This document shows positions 58,518 through 64,000 of a DNA stretch of 64,000 nucleotides, in pieces. A model generated the notes under the pieces. That model was not told the DNA's origin. It was given only the letters and a program-made list of their open reading frames with translations, and did not search any database. The DNA comes from Nitrososphaeria archaeon. GTDB lineage: Archaea; Thermoproteota; Nitrososphaeria; Geothermarchaeales; JDFR-13. How positions within the stretch are numbered: the stretch's first letter is position 1; each line of letters opens with the position of its first letter. The DNA lies in contig JALWXN010000004.1 in NCBI GenBank assembly GCA_027078545.1, forward strand, positions 32,001-96,000, read 5' to 3'. The translations under genes and the position numbers were made by a program.

Positions 58518-59984
58518 TCAGCCCTTAACCACGGCCAGAGGCAGCATCCTTACCACCCTCTTAGCCAGTCCAGCCCCATCGGCCACCATGGCCACATCAT
58601 CACTGCTCTTATAAGCGAATTCAACCTCCTCCACGACAGTAGCCATAGACTCAGCCCTCACAATTATCCCTCTCCTACTGAGGTCCTGAAGTATCCTGTC
58701 TCCACGATACATCCTCTTAGCAGCTGACCTGCTGAGCACCCTTCCAGATCCATGTGGTGCTGAGGCGAAGCTCCTCTCAAGACTGGTTGGATGCCCAATG
58801 AGGATGTATGACGCGGTCCCCATGCTACCCGGAACGAGTACTGGCTGGCCTACAGACCTATATACCTTGGGCAGGAGTGGATGGCCCGCTGGGAGACTCC
58901 TCGTAGCCCCCTTCCTATGTACATAGAGGAGCTTCCTCTTACCATCCACGACATGCTCCTCCGGCTTTACAATGTTATGTGCCACGTCATATACAATCTC
59001 CATATCCAGCTTATCGGCGCTGGTCTTAAACACCTCTTCAAAGCTCTGCCTCACCCAGTGGCTGATAGCCTGCCTATTAGCAAATGCGAAGTTAACGGCA
59101 CACTTGAATGCCTTGAGATACTGCTGAGCCTCCGGACTCTTAAGTGGTGCATATGCAAGCTCCCTATCAGGAAGCTTGATGTTATACTTCCTTATCGCCC
59201 TGTCCATTACCTTTAGATAATCGCTACATACCTGGTGTCCATAGCCCCTACTACCACAGTGAACCATGACTACTACCTGACCCCTCTCAACAATACCCAT
59301 AGCCTCTGCCAGCTTCTCGTCAAAGATCTTATCCACAACCTGGACCTCTAGGAAGTGGTTCCCACTTCCAAGGGTACCTATCTGGTTCAATCCACGCCTC
59401 TTAGCAGTGTCGCTCACATAGGATGGGTCAGCACCCTCTATAGCACCCTCCTCCTCGATCCTCTCAGGGTCATCCGCCCATCCCAGGCCGAACTTGTTTA
59501 TAATGTACTGTGCACCCTCAACAGCTATCCTGTCTAGCTCACTCCTAGTTACATGGAAGTCCCTCCTCCTACTACCCAGCCCCGCAGGTACATTCCTGAA
59601 TAGGACATCCGCGAGCTCCTTGATCTTATCCTTAACATCATCGTAATGGAGATTAGTCCTTATCACCCTCACACCACAGTTTATATCATACCCAACTCCA
59701 CCGGGGCTTACAACACCCTCCTCCCCATCTACAGCCGCCACACCACCAATGGGGAATCCATATCCCTGATGGAAGTCAGGCATAACAATGCTGAACTTCT
59801 GTATACCTGGGAGGGTAGCCACGTTCATAGCCTGGATAAACGTCTTATCCTTGGTCCCCTGCTCATAGATCTGCTGCTTAGATGCATATATCCTGACTGG
59901 AACCCTCATATCCTTCCTAGCTTCCTTCGGTATCTCCCAGATAAACTCATCTAGCTGCCTGATGGGATATGGAAAACGGTTCAT
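58518..59984 (-). CDS. rtcB: tRNA-splicing ligase RtcB
   Basis: MPDFHQGYGFPIGGV, GVGYDINCG, GTLGSGNHFLE, HCGSRG, HRKGATR, HGSGR; no intein. Confidence 0.98.
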   Translation of the reverse strand: MNRFPYPIRQLDEFIWEIPKEARKDMRVPVRIYASKQQIYEQGTKDKTFIQAMNVATLPGIQKFSIVMPDFHQGYGFPIGGVAAVDGEEGVVSPGGVGYDINCGVRVIRTNLHYDDVKDKIKELADVLFRNVPAGLGSRRRDFHVTRSELDRIAVEGAQYIINKFGLGWADDPERIEEEGAIEGADPSYVSDTAKRRGLNQIGTLGSGNHFLEVQVVDKIFDEKLAEAMGIVERGQVVVMVHCGSRGYGHQVCSDYLKVMDRAIRKYNIKLPDRELAYAPLKSPEAQQYLKAFKCAVNFAFANRQAISHWVRQSFEEVFKTSADKLDMEIVYDVAHNIVKPEEHVVDGKRKLLYVHRKGATRSLPAGHPLLPKVYRSVGQPVLVPGSMGTASYILIGHPTSLERSFASAPHGSGRVLSRSAAKRMYRGDRILQDLSRRGIIVRAESMATVVEEVEFAYKSSDDVAMVADGAGLAKRVVRMLPLAVVKG

Positions 59985-60091
59985 AGAGACCCCCTCTTCC
60001 TAATTAAAACATTTAGGAGTGGAAATAAAGTTTAGTAATGGATTGGAAAGTCAAGTTTTATTAACCTGTCGAGGAGGGATAAATTAATGGT

Positions 60092-60221
60092 GGTGGGCTG
60101 CCGGCCATACCCCCCAGGGAACGCCCGTACCCATTCCGAACACGGAAGCTAAGCTGGGGCGGGCCGCTCCGAGTAGTGGGGTGCGAGAGCCCCCGCGAAA
60201 GGACGGTGCCGGCGGCCCACC
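60092..60221 (+). rRNA. rrf: 5S rRNA (stand-alone)
   Basis: GGCCATAC...CCCATTCCGAACACGGAAGCTAAG...AGTAG...GCGAGAGC...GCGAAAG; terminal helix GGTGGGCTGCCGGC/GCCGGCGGCCCACC; mature ends approximate. Confidence 0.95.
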
Positions 60222-60251
60222 TAAAACACAAACTCCTCACGATATCATACG

Positions 60252-60707
60252 GTGCATACCATGGATAACCTACATCCCGTCATACAGAGAGTGATGGACA
60301 AGCAGCTGGATACAGAATGTCTAGACGAGTCGTTATACCTAGAGCTGATTAACCGGTACGGTGAAGACGCCGTAAGGGCCATCTATAGGGCTGGACGGGG
60401 ATATTCAAAGAAATATGTCTTTAAAAATGTCCATGGCGGACCCACGGTAGTGATTTACACTTATCAAGGCAACAGTGCTGAATACATAATCTTCGAAAAA
60501 CTAGGAATATGTAGCTGTAGAACAAGGTATAGGTTGGACAAGCAGAAGGGGCTGGTCTGCTACCACCTGATAGGTTTCGCCATAGATGCCTTGAATAACT
60601 CAATTAGGGAGTATGTGGTTGAATATGACGACCCAGCCACAATACTCTGGGACATATCTGAAGCCACGGATACTGATAGCACTAAGTATCAGGGCAACGA
60701 TGAATAG
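60252..60707 (+). CDS. SWIM-type zinc-finger protein
   Basis: CSC-x13-CYH pattern preceded by beta-strand-like YQGNSAEYII. Confidence 0.7.
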   Translation: MHTMDNLHPVIQRVMDKQLDTECLDESLYLELINRYGEDAVRAIYRAGRGYSKKYVFKNVHGGPTVVIYTYQGNSAEYIIFEKLGICSCRTRYRLDKQKGLVCYHLIGFAIDALNNSIREYVVEYDDPATILWDISEATDTDSTKYQGNDE

Positions 60708-60755
60708 AAATGCTTAAGTTATGGTGAAGGCATAAACGATTCTTAGTGATCAGCA

Positions 60756-60875
60756 ATGAGTGTGCCGATGTTCTACGACCTGCTGACTACATTGATAGCT
60801 GGGCTAGTAGGCTTTGTGATAATACTGCTGATTTATGGGGAATATGATAGGCAGAGGAAGATGAGTGGTAAATGA
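60756..60875 (+). CDS. 39-aa single-TM micro-protein (absent from ORF track)
   Basis: Manual translation MSVPMFYDLLTTLIAGLVGFVIILLIYGEYDRQRKMSGK; GTGAT SD-like element upstream; fills the gap before the RPA stop. Confidence 0.55.
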   Translation: MSVPMFYDLLTTLIAGLVGFVIILLIYGEYDRQRKMSGK

Positions 60876-60878
60876 GGA

Positions 60879-62342
60879 TTAATACTTCTTCCTCTCTATC
60901 CTACTGAAGGCCCTAAGCCTCAAGGTTAATGGAGAGGTGGTATCTATCAATGATCTAGAGTCCACCTGGGCCCCGTAAACCACTACCCAGTCACCAATCC
61001 CGATATCCTCGGATGAATAGTCCGATATGTCTCCTCTAAACACTACCATAAATGTCTCACCCTCTATGTCCTCGAGTAAGATGATATTCTCCATCTCCCC
61101 GAAACCCTCCTTAACCTTCGCCACTTTACCCTCAATAGTCACATAGGACTGGGCCAGCTGGACATTCTTCACGCTCACCCGTGGGATACTCCTCTCTATT
61201 AAGCTATCATCAAGAGGTATGATCCTTGTCAAGTCTGTAGTGAACAGGTTTACATTCGGAGCCAGATTTTTAAGGGTAGCCCTAAAGATCTCAAGGTAGA
61301 ACTCGCCACCCTCCTCTACTTGATACATACTATCAACCTTCTCATCCATAGCCGTGAGAACAGCTTCAGAAACACCGTCTGTCACCAATACATTCAAAAC
61401 CCTCCTATCGTTACGTATACGCTCCTTCCCAAATGAAAGGGCCTTTAGTCTAACCCTCGATAGGATCAGCCCAAAACCTATCTGGGATAGGAAGGTCTCA
61501 CCTACTTCGAGAGAGACATCGAGTGTAGGGTCCACCTCAATATATGAAAGATTATTCACACGTATCTCCACATCTCCAAACCGGTTCTCCCTAATCCATA
61601 CATGGTACAACCTGATCTTCTCACCCGGGTTGATCGAGTAGATGGATTCATGGAGTCTGGACCAAGATATACATCTAACAGCCTTTGACCCGGCCCCGAT
61701 ATAGAAGTCATAGAGAGGCTTACTCTGCTGATTCACCATAACCACCCTCTCGGAGGGGCGTGTCAACAGGATACCATATATATACTGAGGAGACTCAGCT
61801 GGAGACGCCTCATTAACCGGCTTCATAAACTTGTCTATGAATGGAATCTCATCTGCTATGCCTTGGTAAGGCGATATAGTCGCATTCTGAGGTACATGTA
61901 CCTCAAGTTCACCCTGTAGATTTTCCCTGACATAACAGCCCTGAATATCCACGACCTCACCCGGTCTAACTCCAAGCTTAGCGAGGTCGTTTCTATCCCT
62001 ACCCCAGAAGACTACGGGTATAACCCCTGTATCATCTACCAAGCCACCCCTCGTCAACACCCCCCTCTGACTCTCCTGGCTATAACCTATCCAAGCCACC
62101 CTAGCCACCAGATGGACATTAGAGAGGCCTGCTATCAGATCACCTATCTTTAGCCTACCCACGGCCTCCCCTTCATAGGACGAACCACTCTCTAGGAGGA
62201 GGAGATATAACGCAGTCTTACGAGTGATATCGAGTTCAGACATGTATCTCGCAACGATATCCTCGATAGTCGCCCTAGTAAGATGTGGATTCTTCTTCAA
62301 AATTTTATCTATGAGCTCTTCCTCCTCCCTCAAATCATCCAT
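60879..62342 (-). CDS. Multi-OB-fold ssDNA-binding protein (RPA-like)
   Basis: LKIGDLIAGLSNVHLVARV, LVDDTGVIPVVFWG, GCYVRENLQGELEVH and further OB-like repeats. Confidence 0.8.
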   Translation of the reverse strand: MDDLREEEELIDKILKKNPHLTRATIEDIVARYMSELDITRKTALYLLLLESGSSYEGEAVGRLKIGDLIAGLSNVHLVARVAWIGYSQESQRGVLTRGGLVDDTGVIPVVFWGRDRNDLAKLGVRPGEVVDIQGCYVRENLQGELEVHVPQNATISPYQGIADEIPFIDKFMKPVNEASPAESPQYIYGILLTRPSERVVMVNQQSKPLYDFYIGAGSKAVRCISWSRLHESIYSINPGEKIRLYHVWIRENRFGDVEIRVNNLSYIEVDPTLDVSLEVGETFLSQIGFGLILSRVRLKALSFGKERIRNDRRVLNVLVTDGVSEAVLTAMDEKVDSMYQVEEGGEFYLEIFRATLKNLAPNVNLFTTDLTRIIPLDDSLIERSIPRVSVKNVQLAQSYVTIEGKVAKVKEGFGEMENIILLEDIEGETFMVVFRGDISDYSSEDIGIGDWVVVYGAQVDSRSLIDTTSPLTLRLRAFSRIERKKY

Positions 62343-62391
62343 ATTAGCCTGGCCCCCAAATCATAAAAATAGCCATGGGCTAGAAATAGGG

Positions 62392-62688
62392 CTAATTAGA
62401 AGTTTCAGCCCGTGATAGGAGTATCCTTATCCTCGAGACCTTTTTGGGAAGCCCCCTAACCGTCTGACCCATCACCATATCAGTAGTTATGTTCTCAATC
62501 GTCACCTCACCCTTCTTAAACACGTTTACCAGGAGGTTGCACACATCTATAGCCTTACATATATTCATCCCAAGCGCCTCAACAACTATCTTCTCCTCTC
62601 CCCTCTCGAACAGCTTGATACAGACATTTATGTAGAAGGAAGTGTTCCTTTTGCCGATATATACTATTGGCAACTCCTGACTCATCAA
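62392..62688 (-). CDS. alba: Alba (Sac10b) family protein, divergent
   Basis: VYIGKR...YI, EALGMNICKAIDV, KVSRIRILL. Confidence 0.8.
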   Translation of the reverse strand: MMSQELPIVYIGKRNTSFYINVCIKLFERGEEKIVVEALGMNICKAIDVCNLLVNVFKKGEVTIENITTDMVMGQTVRGLPKKVSRIRILLSRAETSN

Positions 62689-62714
62689 GACCCACCATCC
62701 AACCGCCTCGAACC

Positions 62715-64000
62715 TTATATTACAATATGTGGCAGGAAAATCGACATAAATAGAGCTACTGTATACCCGGATACGAAGAACGGCTTGAACAGCCTCGCCG
62801 AGTATATGGACACCCTACTCAGCCTCTCCAACAAGTCATAGCCAAGCACCTTTACACCAACCTCCCTCGATATCGTCTCAACCCCCGCTGGCCTAGCATT
62901 CCTTCTAGCCATATCCACAGCCGTCACACAGGACTCAATAATAGGTCTCCATAGCCTAGGGTCTTCCCCAAGCAGCTTATAGCCACCCTCTACAAGCTCT
63001 AGAGCAGCCACCTCATGGGTATCAGTGGTGGCAACAACCACGGTATCAATCCCTAGATCCCTGACAGCCTTGGTGATCTCCTTACCAAGCCCCTTAACCA
63101 TATTATTCGAATCTATAACGATAACTGCAGCGGACTCCTCGATAGTCTCGAGATAAACTGCCAAGATACCATTGCTCCCCAAGCCATCTCTAACGCTTAG
63201 ACCCCCGGGATAGACCTTAAAATACCCGACCTTAAACCTATGGAGTGGTTCAAACCTCAACCTATCTATAACCTTCTTACCAGCGACTAGAACCTCCTCT
63301 AAAGCCTCTTCACCCATGATATACCTCTTATTAGAGAGGGAGTTGTGGCAATCCACGACCAACACGTCTTTGAATCCGCGGCTCCTTGCATAGGACACTA
63401 GATCCCTACTTATATCTGTAGGGATATCCTCCATCTCCTCATATTCGATAAAAATTAACAAGTTGTTGCATATCCGAAGGCCATACACCCGTGAATCCCC
63501 AAACTCCTCTACAACCATGTTAGAGATCTTGTTACATAACTCTGCACCGCTAAAAGACAGTAGATCACTCAGCATCCTCTCCACCTCCCTCTTAGAGGGA
63601 AGGTCCAACTCATGGGAGGAGGGTGTATGAAATACTCCAGTCTCAAGAGACTTGGTGAGGTATAGATATTCACTTGCTATCTTAGGGAAAGCACTACTAC
63701 CTATATCCTTAAACGGGCCGAAATGGAGATGAGGAAGTAATAGAGCCAAGGGGTTAGGTCTCGACTCCGAGAAAATCAGCATATTAACCCGAACCTTATA
63801 GTCTACAGACGACTTCTCCAGCAGTTCCTCCATGTAGGACGAATCGCCCAACATCCACGAATCTATGTAAGCTCTTAGATACCCGAAGGGAGACTCGCCA
63901 AGTATTGGTCTTCCACGGGCCTCGAGGTATCCATAGAAAACATTGGGTATAGCCGACACTATGGCAGCCCCAACCGAGACTGAGGGAGGGAGACTAACAC
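62715..64000 (-). CDS. DUF2070-family membrane protein (5' end beyond right edge)
   Basis: LHFGPFKDIGSS, FHTPSSHELDLPS, VVDCHNS, DSNNM, TTDTHEV; reading frame stays open to the window end. Confidence 0.8.
   Translation of the reverse strand, partial: VSLPPSVSVGAAIVSAIPNVFYGYLEARGRPILGESPFGYLRAYIDSWMLGDSSYMEELLEKSSVDYKVRVNMLIFSESRPNPLALLLPHLHFGPFKDIGSSAFPKIASEYLYLTKSLETGVFHTPSSHELDLPSKREVERMLSDLLSFSGAELCNKISNMVVEEFGDSRVYGLRICNNLLIFIEYEEMEDIPTDISRDLVSYARSRGFKDVLVVDCHNSLSNKRYIMGEEALEEVLVAGKKVIDRLRFEPLHRFKVGYFKVYPGGLSVRDGLGSNGILAVYLETIEESAAVIVIDSNNMVKGLGKEITKAVRDLGIDTVVVATTDTHEVAALELVEGGYKLLGEDPRLWRPIIESCVTAVDMARRNARPAGVETISREVGVKVLGYDLLERLSRVSIYSARLFKPFFVSGYTVALFMSIFLPHIVI

Overview
Gene-dense core-genome segment of a thermophilic TACK-group archaeon. 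The marker mix (PolB1-type polymerase, r-protein eS30, Smc-ScpA-ScpB, multi-OB RPA, GatDE, AsnRS, stand-alone 5S rRNA) suggests an Aigarchaeota/Geothermarchaeota-like lineage; this is inference. It holds the start of the A-type ATP synthase operon (F-H-E-A) and replication/repair genes (polB1, a nurA/herA-like pair, smc-scpAB, rnhB, radA, a divergent cdc6, RPA, alba). It also holds many translation and RNA-processing genes (thrS, gatDE, asnS, elp3, nop5-fibrillarin, rlmE, trm1, trm11, cca, thpR, rnz, rtcB, r-proteins), three tRNAs (two intron-containing, one with the intron at non-canonical position 29/30) and a 5S rRNA. No mobile element, CRISPR array or intein was seen. The best candidate for an uncharacterised system is at 9.0-12.8 kb: a NurA-like/HerA-like pair without Mre11/Rad50, transcribed divergently from one palindromic TATA box, next to three apparently paralogous 'beta-hairpin + winged-helix' proteins. 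Other points of note are an editing-domain-less ThrRS preceded by a tiny Zn-binding basic protein, divergent TFB/Cdc6/SMC/Alba, a split S10 operon, two small genes missing from the ORF track, and strong strand-specific codon usage. All calls come from motif recognition by eye; no searches were run.
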